NCBI GenBank assembly: GCA_034420695.1
Contig: DAOULB010000054.1
Coordinates: 78,207-142,206 of the forward strand
Source of the DNA: Dehalococcoidia bacterium
Lineage (GTDB): Bacteria; Chloroflexota; Dehalococcoidia; Lucifugimonadales; UBA3495
Direction: 5' to 3'
Length of the DNA stretch: 64,000 nucleotides
The notes under the pieces were generated by a model. The model did no database searches. It worked only from the letters and a program-made list of their open reading frames with translations, and was not told the origin of the DNA. This document shows positions 35,533 to 43,672 of the stretch, in pieces. The position numbers and the translations under genes are program-made. The first letter of the stretch is position 1. Every line of letters starts with the position of its first letter.

Positions 35533-36318
35533 GTGAATCTACAACTCGACCCCAGTGTCGGTGCACAGTACCGAAGCCGCAGCCAGATTGCTCGCATAGT
35601 CACTGAGCATTGGGCCAATGGTAACCTTTATTGCATTGCCTGTTCTTCAAACAGAGTTGTCCCCGAGCCCACCAACACACCAGTGCGCGACTACAGATGC
35701 CCCGAATGCGGAGCCATTTACCAGCTTAAGAGCAGGAATGGGCGGTTCGGACGTTCAGTTTCGAATTCCGCTTACGAAAGCAAGCTGGCTGCAATCAAAA
35801 GCGGCGCCGTTCCACATTACGCATTTCTAAGGTATTCCGAACCTGCCTGGACTGTGGACGAATTGTTCATCGTCCCGGGTCACTTCATCAACCTCTCGGT
35901 AATCCAGCGCAGAAACCCATTGGGTCCCAAAGCCAGGAGGGCCGGCTGGGTGGGTTCCAACATATTGATGGCGAAGCTGCCGAGCGAAGCCCGCGATTCG
36001 GTGATTGAGAACGCGACATGCCGAGACCCCGCTGAAGTAAGAAGAGACTGGAATGCATTCGATTTTCTGAAATCCGACACTCGCGCTTCCGGCGGTTGGG
36101 GAGCAGAGACTCTTACCTGTGTTCGAGAGTTGCAACGCGCATCGGGGCTGCATGAGTTTACTCTCAAGGAATTCTACTCGCGCTTTACCGACGAACTATC
36201 CTCGCGTCACCCGGAGAACAACAACGTTCAAGCCAAAATCCGCCAACAGCTCCAAGTCTTGCGGGAGGGGAAAATTCTGGAATTCATGGGCCGTGGGCGC
36301 TACCGGATTATTGACTGA
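35533..36318 (+). CDS. DpnI-like methyl-directed (type IIM) restriction endonuclease
   Basis: Colinear with S. pneumoniae DpnI as I recall it: SQIARIVTEHW, YC.AC, Y.CPEC....QLKS, IQRRNPLGPKARRAGWVGSNI, and C-terminal winged helix KIRQQLQVLREGKILEF.GRGRYR. Confidence 0.85.
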   Translation: MNLQLDPSVGAQYRSRSQIARIVTEHWANGNLYCIACSSNRVVPEPTNTPVRDYRCPECGAIYQLKSRNGRFGRSVSNSAYESKLAAIKSGAVPHYAFLRYSEPAWTVDELFIVPGHFINLSVIQRRNPLGPKARRAGWVGSNILMAKLPSEARDSVIENATCRDPAEVRRDWNAFDFLKSDTRASGGWGAETLTCVRELQRASGLHEFTLKEFYSRFTDELSSRHPENNNVQAKIRQQLQVLREGKILEFMGRGRYRIID

Positions 36319-36368
36319 AAGAGGTATGTTGCGTCGTCCTTGAGTGGCTTGATTTCTTCACAAAATCT

Positions 36369-36611
36369 CTATTCTTCGCTATCGTCCAACATTTTGACCT
36401 TATCTGGCACTACATCTGGGAGCACTACTAGCCCAATCGCGTCGACTATACGATAGCCGCGCTCAAGCCAATTGCGTCTCCCTACGGTCTTCCAAGTGTA
36501 AACATGGCCGCCAGTTGACTCAGCAAGTTGTTCAGCGTTTTCGATTTCTGAAGTGTCGAAGCATTCTGCGTCTATTAGCAGTCCTAGGGTTAACTTCACA
36601 TCGACTCCCAT
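36369..36611 (-). CDS. hypothetical protein (80 aa) in A/T-richer DNA
   Basis: ORF only. One hand-counted 60-nt line here is about 42% G+C, against roughly 60% in surrounding genes. No family recognised. Confidence 0.35.
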   Translation of the reverse strand: MGVDVKLTLGLLIDAECFDTSEIENAEQLAESTGGHVYTWKTVGRRNWLERGYRIVDAIGLVVLPDVVPDKVKMLDDSEE

Positions 36612-37208
36612 CAGTACAAGTTAACATCGACAGGCGACCGTTAGTTTCCAGTTAGAATTTGGCGCTTTCGATCGCTTCGGCAATTGTAGATCGAAATGTT
36701 CAGAGGATCGAATTGACGTCTTGAGCAAAGCCGGAGGATGCCGGGAAGGCGCATTCCGAAGGCACGCCCTTATAAGTCGAAACACCCTCGGAGTCTATCT
36801 CGGCCATCAGCTATGTGCTGGTTATGCGTTCGTAGGCCTGCACCTAGCGCTTCTGGATGATGTTTGCGTCTTCCAGTTCCAGGCGGCATGAGTCCAAAAT
36901 TTCCTGTGTAGCCAAGTCTATGTCAGACCGGAGCATCGAGTTCCCGGCTGACCGGGAGCCGTAAAATAATATTTCGGTCGTTCCCGCTCCTTCTTACGCC
37001 AGCCTCCGGTTGCTGACATTTGCCCCTTGCCTTTTAGGGTAGCGCCTCTCTAACATGGTAATTGCCATGTTTTTCCACCCGGCTCTGCCGTTCAATAACA
37101 CCTTGAGTCCGTCCTCCCGCACCGCCGGGGCCGGCTTCGGAATCCTTCCCGCCTGGGGAAATGTCGCTTTTTGTCGCAAAAATCCCAAATTTCAAAGCTG
37201 CCAGCTAC

Positions 37209-37287
37209 GACAAACGTGGACAAATCCCGACAGACCGGACCAAAACGCCGACAAATCGGGTCAAATCACGGACAAACTGGGACAAAA
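37209..37287. repeat. eight helically phased direct repeats of GACAAA
   Basis: GACAAA-like hexamers start at 37209, 37219, 37229 (GACAGA), 37238 (GACCAAAA), 37250, 37260 (GTCAAA), 37271 and 37281. Spacing is 9-12 nt. Confidence 0.8.
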
Positions 37288-37451
37288 TCGGCCAAGACTC
37301 GACACACTTCCGGTAACCGCCCGGTTCGCTCAGCCAAAGCACCGTTGACCGGATGCACTTCCTGGGCCGACAGTTTCCGGAAAGGTTCTGAACAAGAAAC
37401 ACTGAGGTCTCGCCCTGGCGGCCTGAATCGTACCATTCCCGCCGTCAACCT

Positions 37452-38525
37452 CTACCCACCGCTCAGCAGGCGCACCACCTCGTCGGCTACCTGTGAAGTT
37501 GAGGCGCTGCCTCCCAAGTCCGGGGTCAGGACCCGGCCGTCGCTGAGGCACCGGGCCACCGCTTGGTCAACCCTTTTCGCTGCTTCAGCCTCGCCCAAGT
37601 GGTCCAGCATCATCGCCACCGCGGAAATGGTCGCCAATGGATTGGCGATGCCCTTGCCGGTGATGTCGAAGGCGGCCCCGTGCACCGGCTCGAACATGGA
37701 TGGGTGTGCTCTCTCCGGGTTGATGTTGGCGCTGGGCGCCAAGCCCATGCTCCCGGTGACCACGGCGGCGACGTCGGAAAGGATGTCGGCGAACAGGTTG
37801 GAAGCCACCACCACGTCAAAGTCCTCGGGCCACCGGACGAAGTCCATGCAGGCCCGGTCCACCAGCAGGGACTCGGTCTCGATATCCGGGAATTCGGCGG
37901 CTACCTCCTGGAAGACCTCGTCCCAAAAGACCATGCCGAAGGCTTGGGCGTTGGACTTGGTCACCGACGTGACCTTGTTCTTCCGGCCCCGGCGGCGGCA
38001 GTATTCGAAGGCGGCCCGGATAATCCGCTCTGTGCCCCGGCGAGTGAAAACGTTGGTTTGGATAACCGTTTCGTGGGACGTGGCCGGGTATAGACGGCCC
38101 CCGATGGGTGCATACTCCCCCTCGGTGTTTTCCCTGAAGATAACCAGGTCAATATCCCCCGCTTGCTTGCCCGACAGGGGCGATTCCACGCCGGGATACA
38201 GGTAGGCCGGGCGGATGCACACCCCTTGGTCGAAGGAGCGCCGCATGGGAAGCAAGAGCCCGTGGAGGGTGACGTGGTCGGGGATTTGCGGGTCTCCCAC
38301 CGCGCCGAAGAGGATGGCGTCGAAGGCTTCAAGTTGCTCCAGGCCGTCTTCCGCCATGAGCCGCCCCGTCTCCCGGTAGTAATCGGAACCCCAAGGAAAG
38401 TCGGTGCAGTTGAATTTGAGGCCCGCCTGGGAGGTGGCCACGGCATTCATCACCCTTCGCCCCTGCGCTATCACTTCGGGGCCAACCCCGTCTCCGGCAA
38501 TAACCGCTATTTTGTACTCTGGCAT
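37452..38525 (-). CDS. tartrate dehydrogenase/decarboxylase (D-malate dehydrogenase) family, isocitrate/isopropylmalate dehydrogenase superfamily
   Basis: YKIAVIAGDGVGPEV, W..DYY..TG.LM..DG, FGAVGDP..PDH and NLFADILSD motifs. I prefer the ATG at 38525. Confidence 0.8.
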   Translation of the reverse strand: MPEYKIAVIAGDGVGPEVIAQGRRVMNAVATSQAGLKFNCTDFPWGSDYYRETGRLMAEDGLEQLEAFDAILFGAVGDPQIPDHVTLHGLLLPMRRSFDQGVCIRPAYLYPGVESPLSGKQAGDIDLVIFRENTEGEYAPIGGRLYPATSHETVIQTNVFTRRGTERIIRAAFEYCRRRGRKNKVTSVTKSNAQAFGMVFWDEVFQEVAAEFPDIETESLLVDRACMDFVRWPEDFDVVVASNLFADILSDVAAVVTGSMGLAPSANINPERAHPSMFEPVHGAAFDITGKGIANPLATISAVAMMLDHLGEAEAAKRVDQAVARCLSDGRVLTPDLGGSASTSQVADEVVRLLSGG

Positions 38526-38593
38526 GTGTGATTCCATCCCTTACGAGACTTACCTGCAGACCTCTGCTTAAGGGCAAAGGTCACTTGGCGCGG

Positions 38594-39583
38594 TCAGGCC
38601 GCGGTTTTGACCACCCTGACGCCCCCTCCCAGCACCCGGAAGTGGTGTACTGCCTCTGCCTCTGGAAATTCTGCCTTAGCTCTTCGGAATATCGAAAGGC
38701 CCCGCTTTTGACGAGCATCCAGCAGCACCCCAATGACTGTGCCGCTGTGAGCCACGTTCACACCGGCGGCGCCGTTGGCCTCAGCAAATTCGATGACCCT
38801 GGCAAGTTCCTGCTTGGGCAGGACTCTCTGCCCGGCCAGTGCGCTGATGGTGGCCCCTTGGCCCACTAATACCGGCTCTCCCTCTTGTATCCCCCGGCGC
38901 ACCAAGGCCAAGGCTTGTGCCGTCTCTTCCGCTGCCGATTCCCACAGTGAGCGTCGGTCCACCCGGTTGAAGTCCAGGGTGTCCACGTTTCCGCCCCAGT
39001 CCAATGCCACGATCTCTAGGGGAGGCGGCGGTCCCAGGCGCTCCATTACCGTTCCGGCCCGGTGGTCGAACAAGGCGATGCCGGGAAACATTACCCCGTC
39101 GGTGGGCTCCACCCGCAGCGCCAGGCAGGCAATCTCCTCCGGCGTCAGTTCCTTGCCGCAGGCAAGGCTGGCAGCGGCTATGGCGGCCGTCGCATCGGCG
39201 CTGCTGCTTCCCAGGCCCTTACCCCTGGGGATGGGGCTGCTTATCTCCACCCGGACTGCCAAGCCGGACTGGTTCAGCGAATCCAGGGTCAACGCTACTG
39301 CCTGGCAGGTCTTGTCGAATCCCTCCGGGGCGTCAATCTCGTTTTCGACCTTCCCGGAGCCGCCAGAGCGGAGTTCCACCCTGACCCGGGAGTAGAAGTC
39401 CACAGGGCAGGACACTAGGAAGTAGCCCCCCCGGTGGATTCCCTGGACCAGTTCGCCACAAGACCCGGGAGCGCGCGCTTCTGCAACACCCAGAAGAGCG
39501 CTGCCGTGGGCCTGCCGGTATGACGTTGGGCTTGATGGTTCTTTGGGCAAGTTGCTCACCGGGTATCTGAAAGCGATTGTCAC
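38594..39583 (-). CDS. pduX: GHMP kinase, PduX-like L-threonine kinase (cobalamin linker synthesis)
   Basis: SCGELVQG....G.FLVSCPVD.YS and IPRGKGLGSSSADATA (GHMP motif II), then EPTDG..F. Sits in a cob gene cluster. The exact start is uncertain. Confidence 0.75.
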   Translation of the reverse strand: MTIAFRYPVSNLPKEPSSPTSYRQAHGSALLGVAEARAPGSCGELVQGIHRGGYFLVSCPVDFYSRVRVELRSGGSGKVENEIDAPEGFDKTCQAVALTLDSLNQSGLAVRVEISSPIPRGKGLGSSSADATAAIAAASLACGKELTPEEIACLALRVEPTDGVMFPGIALFDHRAGTVMERLGPPPPLEIVALDWGGNVDTLDFNRVDRRSLWESAAEETAQALALVRRGIQEGEPVLVGQGATISALAGQRVLPKQELARVIEFAEANGAAGVNVAHSGTVIGVLLDARQKRGLSIFRRAKAEFPEAEAVHHFRVLGGGVRVVKTAA

Positions 39584-39596
39584 AGTGGGCCGCGGC

Positions 39597-40178
39597 TCAG
39601 CCGCTTCCGGAGATGGTGGTGTCCTTGATTGCCAGGGGCGCTCCGGCTACCACGAGGCTGACTCGGGCTGACGACTCTGCAAGCCGCTGGTTTACCAGTC
39701 CCAACAGGTCTTGGAATCGGCGTCCCAGGGGTTCCGGGGGCACCAGTGCCAGCCCCACTTCGGCGCTGACCAGGAGCAGGGTTGCCTGCCGTTTCCGGCC
39801 AACTTCCATCAATCGTGCGGCCTCATCCAAGGCCAAGGATTCAATCTCTGCCTCTGCCCTGTCTTCGTGGCCCATAAGCAGGTTGGACACCCAGAAATCT
39901 ATGCTGTCCACGATTACAGCAATGGGGTTGCCCGCCGATTGCAGATGGTTGTTCAGGACTCCGGCAAGCTCCAGGCTCTCTTCTAAGGTCTCCCAATGGC
40001 TGGGCCGCCGTTGGCGGTGCCGCCGGATTCGCTCCTTCATCTCATCGTCACCGGCCTGCCCGGTGGCAAGGTACACTGTGGGAATCCCCAGGTCCAACGC
40101 CAGCCTTTCGGCATAGGCGCTCTTGCCCGAGCGCACTCCGCCTAGGATGAGGTGCGCCGGACAAGCTGTGGAGTGCAT
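39597..40178 (-). CDS. cobU: adenosylcobinamide kinase / adenosylcobinamide-phosphate guanylyltransferase
   Basis: P-loop ILGGVRSGKSAYAE, ~190 aa, cob context. Confidence 0.9.
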   Translation of the reverse strand: MHSTACPAHLILGGVRSGKSAYAERLALDLGIPTVYLATGQAGDDEMKERIRRHRQRRPSHWETLEESLELAGVLNNHLQSAGNPIAVIVDSIDFWVSNLLMGHEDRAEAEIESLALDEAARLMEVGRKRQATLLLVSAEVGLALVPPEPLGRRFQDLLGLVNQRLAESSARVSLVVAGAPLAIKDTTISGSG

Positions 40179-40188
40179 TACCGTGGGC

Positions 40189-41757
40189 CTATTCGGAGCC
40201 GGCTGCCGCTGGGCTGGGGTCGTCGAGGCCGGGGGAGCGTGTTAGCCCCGTCATAGCGTAGACCAAGTCCATGTCCAGGCTGTTCCTGACCCAGTCGGCC
40301 AGCTTGTCGAATTCCGAGTCCAGAGCCGGGTCCACGCCCAGCGGCAGAGCAAGACCCTTTTGCCTGGCGAGATTCTCCAGAATAGCCCGCCGTACGGCTT
40401 GATTGTGGAGCAGTCCGTGGATGTAGGTGCCCATGACCCGGCCCGATTCGTCCATGCACCCGTCACTTGATGTGCCCGGGGTTACTGCAACGTCAGTCCG
40501 GTCATGAACTAATATGGGCGCACCCGTTGAGGTGCCGTGGGTCCGTCCCATGTGGATTTCATAGCCAACCACTTCGGCCCCTGATGCGCCCGACAACAGG
40601 CCCCGGGCGGCCCCGACCCGGCCCCGCACCCGGTGGGTCTCCTTGGAGCCGAAGAACTCCGTTGTGATGGGCAACAGCCCCAGCCCTTCGATTTCTCCCA
40701 TGCTGGACTCGATGCGTTGGGGGTCCAGGATGCGGGTGCCAAGCATCTGGTACCCACCGCAAATTCCCAGCACAGCCGCCCCTTGTTGCCGAAGGGACTC
40801 CACGGCTCGGGTCAAACCGCGGGAGTTCATCCAGTCCAAGTCGGGTATCGTGGTTTTGGTGCCTGGAAGGATCACCAAGTCCGGACGACCCAGGGAGGCT
40901 GGCGAGTCCACGTACCTCAGGGACACTCCCGGTTCCCGGGCCAGCACGTCGAAGTCGTCAAAGTTGGATATGTGGGGCAATTGCACTACGGCGATGTCCA
41001 GGACCGGGTCGGCGGTCATGGGAGAGGGCAGGTCCAACGCCACCGAGTCTTCTTCGGGGATGTGAATGTCCCGGAAATGGTGCACCACTCCGGCCACTGG
41101 TATGCCGGTGCGTTCCTCCAGCCAGGTCAGGCCGTCGGTCAGTAAGCTCTCGTCCCCCCGGAACTTGTTAATCACGAACCCCTTTATGGTCCGTCTTTCC
41201 TCTTGCTCCAGCAGCTCCAGGGTGCCCACAAGGGAGGCGAATACACCGCCCCGGTCGATGTCGCCACAAAGGAGCACGGGGGCATCCGCATACCGGGCCA
41301 CCCGCATGTTGACGATTTCAGTGGCCTTCAGGTTAATCTCGGCGGGGCTCCCGGCGCCTTCCGCGATGACGAGGTCATGAGAGTCCCGCAGTCGGTCCAA
41401 GGAAGAGCTGACCGAGGCCCAAAGCTGGGACTTCAGGGCAAAGTAGTCCCTGGTCCGGGCCGACTGCATCGGCCGCCCCATAAGCACTACTTGAGAAGTA
41501 TGGTCTGCCTCCGGTTTCAACAGGACCGGGTTCATTTCCACCAGGGCTTCCACGCCGGCGGCCTCGGCTTGCACCGCTTGGGCCCGCCCAATCTCGCCGC
41601 CGTCCCCGGTGACGTAGGAGTTGTTTGACATATTCTGGGCCTTGAACGGGGCGACCCGGAACCCGTCCTGGCGGAAAATGCGGCAGAGGGCAGCCACCAG
41701 CACGCTCTTGCCCACGTGGGAAGCGGTGCCTTGTACCATCAAGACTCGTCCAGGCAT
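40189..41757 (-). CDS. cobQ: cobyric acid synthase
   Basis: LMVQGTASHVGKS, APFKAQNMSNNS, and a C-terminal GATase domain (GICGGYQMLG). Confidence 0.95.
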   Translation of the reverse strand: MPGRVLMVQGTASHVGKSVLVAALCRIFRQDGFRVAPFKAQNMSNNSYVTGDGGEIGRAQAVQAEAAGVEALVEMNPVLLKPEADHTSQVVLMGRPMQSARTRDYFALKSQLWASVSSSLDRLRDSHDLVIAEGAGSPAEINLKATEIVNMRVARYADAPVLLCGDIDRGGVFASLVGTLELLEQEERRTIKGFVINKFRGDESLLTDGLTWLEERTGIPVAGVVHHFRDIHIPEEDSVALDLPSPMTADPVLDIAVVQLPHISNFDDFDVLAREPGVSLRYVDSPASLGRPDLVILPGTKTTIPDLDWMNSRGLTRAVESLRQQGAAVLGICGGYQMLGTRILDPQRIESSMGEIEGLGLLPITTEFFGSKETHRVRGRVGAARGLLSGASGAEVVGYEIHMGRTHGTSTGAPILVHDRTDVAVTPGTSSDGCMDESGRVMGTYIHGLLHNQAVRRAILENLARQKGLALPLGVDPALDSEFDKLADWVRNSLDMDLVYAMTGLTRSPGLDDPSPAAAGSE

Positions 41758-41877
41758 TAGCGGGACTCCTTCAGTGCCGAAGACGTTAGGAATCCGTAGC
41801 CCGACAGGAACGGCCGTTGTGCAGAATTAGAAGCTTCCCGCGGGTCCTGCAGACTGTCGGAGCCGTCCCTCCGTCCG

Positions 41878-42537
41878 CTACCTGGCATGGCCGGTCACCG
41901 CATTGGCTTCCCCGGCGGCCGGAAGCGGGACTGCCGCCAAGTGGGAGGTGTCGTTGTAAAGCCGGAGCACTGCATTGTCCTCGTAGGTGTCGATTATTGT
42001 AAGGCTGCAATTGGCCATCACGAATTTCCAAGTGGATTCCGGAGGAAGCTCCAACAGGGCCATGACGCCGCTTCGAAGGGAGCCTCCGTGGCCAACTACC
42101 AGGACTGTGTCATCGAGGTGTTTCCTTTTCAGCTCGCCCATGACCGACGTCATTCGTCTCAGGGTCTCCCGAGCGCTTTCACCTCCGGTGGGCGCAAAGT
42201 CCAAGTCTTTGACTATGGAGGCTATGAACATTGCGGGGTACCTTTCCTGCCGCTGCTCTACAGTCAGGCCTTCAAAGACGCCGTAATACCGTTCTCGGAG
42301 TAGCTCTTCTTCTGTCAGCGGGGTTTCCCTTCCCTCCAGTACTATCTTGGCGGTCTCCGAGGCCCTCACGAGGTCGCTGCTGTAGGCAGCGTCTACGGAG
42401 ACTGTGGCCAGGCGCCGGGCCAATGCTTGGGCTTGCAATACTCCGCGCTCCGACAGCGCTACGTCGGAATGTCCTTGGATTCGTCCCTCGACATTCCACG
42501 AGGTTTCGCCGTGGCGTACGATAAGGAATCTTCCCAT
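41878..42537 (-). CDS. cobC: histidine phosphatase family protein, alpha-ribazole phosphatase-like
   Basis: LIVRHGETSWN..GR.QG motif and a later HGG motif. The specific CobC role is inferred from cob neighbours. Confidence 0.7.
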   Translation of the reverse strand: MGRFLIVRHGETSWNVEGRIQGHSDVALSERGVLQAQALARRLATVSVDAAYSSDLVRASETAKIVLEGRETPLTEEELLRERYYGVFEGLTVEQRQERYPAMFIASIVKDLDFAPTGGESARETLRRMTSVMGELKRKHLDDTVLVVGHGGSLRSGVMALLELPPESTWKFVMANCSLTIIDTYEDNAVLRLYNDTSHLAAVPLPAAGEANAVTGHAR

Positions 42538-42712
42538 GGGTCCGGAACTCCGGGTCTGCTGGTTGGCCCCGCCGGGACCGTCCTGGCCGTACCCAGTGAT
42601 TGTAACAGAGAGACTCTGTACAACCGATACAAGCCCTGAGCCATCCAGAATTGCCTGATTTCAAGTGATCGGACAGTCTTGTGCAATTTTTGAGAATCAG
42701 TTATACACGATA

Positions 42713-42741
42713 TTGACACTCAGGCTCGCCATATATACAAT
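42713..42741 (+). promoter_or_regulatory. sigma-70-like promoter TTGACA-N17-TACAAT
   Basis: TTGACA ctcaggctcgccatata TACAAT, about 30 nt upstream of the small zinc-ribbon ORF. Confidence 0.5.
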
Positions 42742-42771
42742 ATAGCGACCTTAGATGGAGTGAGGTGTGTG

Positions 42772-42915
42772 ATGGAAGCCTATTGTGTGAAGTGCAGGTC
42801 CAAGACAGAGATCAAGGACCCTCAAGCCATCACCATGAAGAATGGCAAGCCCGCCACGTCCGGAATTTGCCCTGCCTGCGGTACCAAGGTGTTCCGCATC
42901 GGTGCCGCTCGCTAG
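42772..42915 (+). CDS. small zinc-ribbon protein (47 aa), DUF5679-like; absent from the ORF track
   Basis: MEAYCVKCRSKTEIKDPQAITMKNGKPATSGICPACGTKVFRIGAAR: a CxxC...CxxC pair. GGAGTGAGG SD and a consensus promoter upstream. Confidence 0.75.
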   Translation: MEAYCVKCRSKTEIKDPQAITMKNGKPATSGICPACGTKVFRIGAAR

Positions 42916-43290
42916 AACGTTTCATACCAAAGCGCCCCCGTCAAGGCTGGTTGACGCGCTTTCGCCGGAGGATGGCTGCCTCCGGAATGGTGGAATTCGG
43001 GGTGCTTTTTCATCCATAGGCTGACAGCTATGGTGTTGGGTAAGGACAGCACCATAGCTGGCAAAGTGCGCCTAATTTAGCAGCAAGTCTTGCTTCCAAC
43101 CTTGGAGGTGGGATCGTTGTTTCCATCCCTCTGACCCGCCCAGTCCGAAGCGTGCTCCCAAGCCACGTCTTTCCCCATTGTCCCATTGTTTTGCCCTGCT
43201 GTTCCTCCCTTGGTATCATTTCCCTTGTTGCTCCTTGTCAAGCGATTGGCTCAAGGAGCGCCAGAATAGCCGCATAGGGGAGGTAATCAG

Positions 43291-43596
43291 ATGACTCAAG
43301 CTCAGGCTGCGCCGTGGCAGGTCGCTTTGGAAACGCATGCCCCGGAATTGTTCGGCGAAGTATCGAAGGTTCGGGAATCCGTCCTAAGCGAAGGGGCTCT
43401 TCCCCTCAAGGTTAAGATTCTCATGACCATGCTTTGCGATGCTCTGCTCGCTTACTCCGACGGTGTCGCCGCCATTGCCCAAAGGGCTAGGGCCGCCGGC
43501 GCCACCGAAGCCGAAATAGCTGAAACCGTGGGTGTTGCCTTCATTATGGGAGGGATGCCCGGGTTGGTTACCGGCGCGAACGCCTTTAAGGAATAA
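43291..43596 (+). CDS. carboxymuconolactone decarboxylase (AhpD-like) family protein
   Basis: ~100-aa helical CMD-domain pattern (L..K.K.L...L.DA......G.......A...GAT..EI.E). GGGGAGG SD. Confidence 0.75.
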   Translation: MTQAQAAPWQVALETHAPELFGEVSKVRESVLSEGALPLKVKILMTMLCDALLAYSDGVAAIAQRARAAGATEAEIAETVGVAFIMGGMPGLVTGANAFKE

Positions 43597-43672
43597 CGAC
43601 CTAGGATTTGCAATTCCGGCACCGGAAAGCGTTGCTGGCGTTACCGAAAGCCGTTTCAAGAGAGGTGCCACA

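Noticed and set aside
36661-36960. Tiny minus-strand ORFs (for example MLRSDIDLATQEILDSCRLELEDANIIQKR and MAEIDSEGVSTYKGVPSECAFPASSGFAQDVNSIL) as toxin-antitoxin or pseudogene remnants.
   Set aside because: They are too short, lack SDs and have no recognisable family. I mention them only as possible debris of the island.
42538-42712. Expected cobalamin riboswitch upstream of cobC-cobQ-cobU-pduX.
   Set aside because: There are only loose resemblances (CACUGGG, GGCCAGGACGGUCCCGGC). The GGGAA, GGUG..AA.UCC and CCCGCCACUG core elements are absent, and the leader is short. I cannot call it without a covariance-model scan.
43025-43219. 63-aa minus-strand ORF (43028..43219) or an sRNA ending at the 11-bp hairpin CAGCTATGGTG..CACCATAGCTG (43025..43060).
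   Set aside because: The ORF has no convincing SD and an odd composition. The hairpin has no U-tract on either strand. The upstream TTGACA-N17-TGATAC match is weak. The evidence is insufficient for either call.
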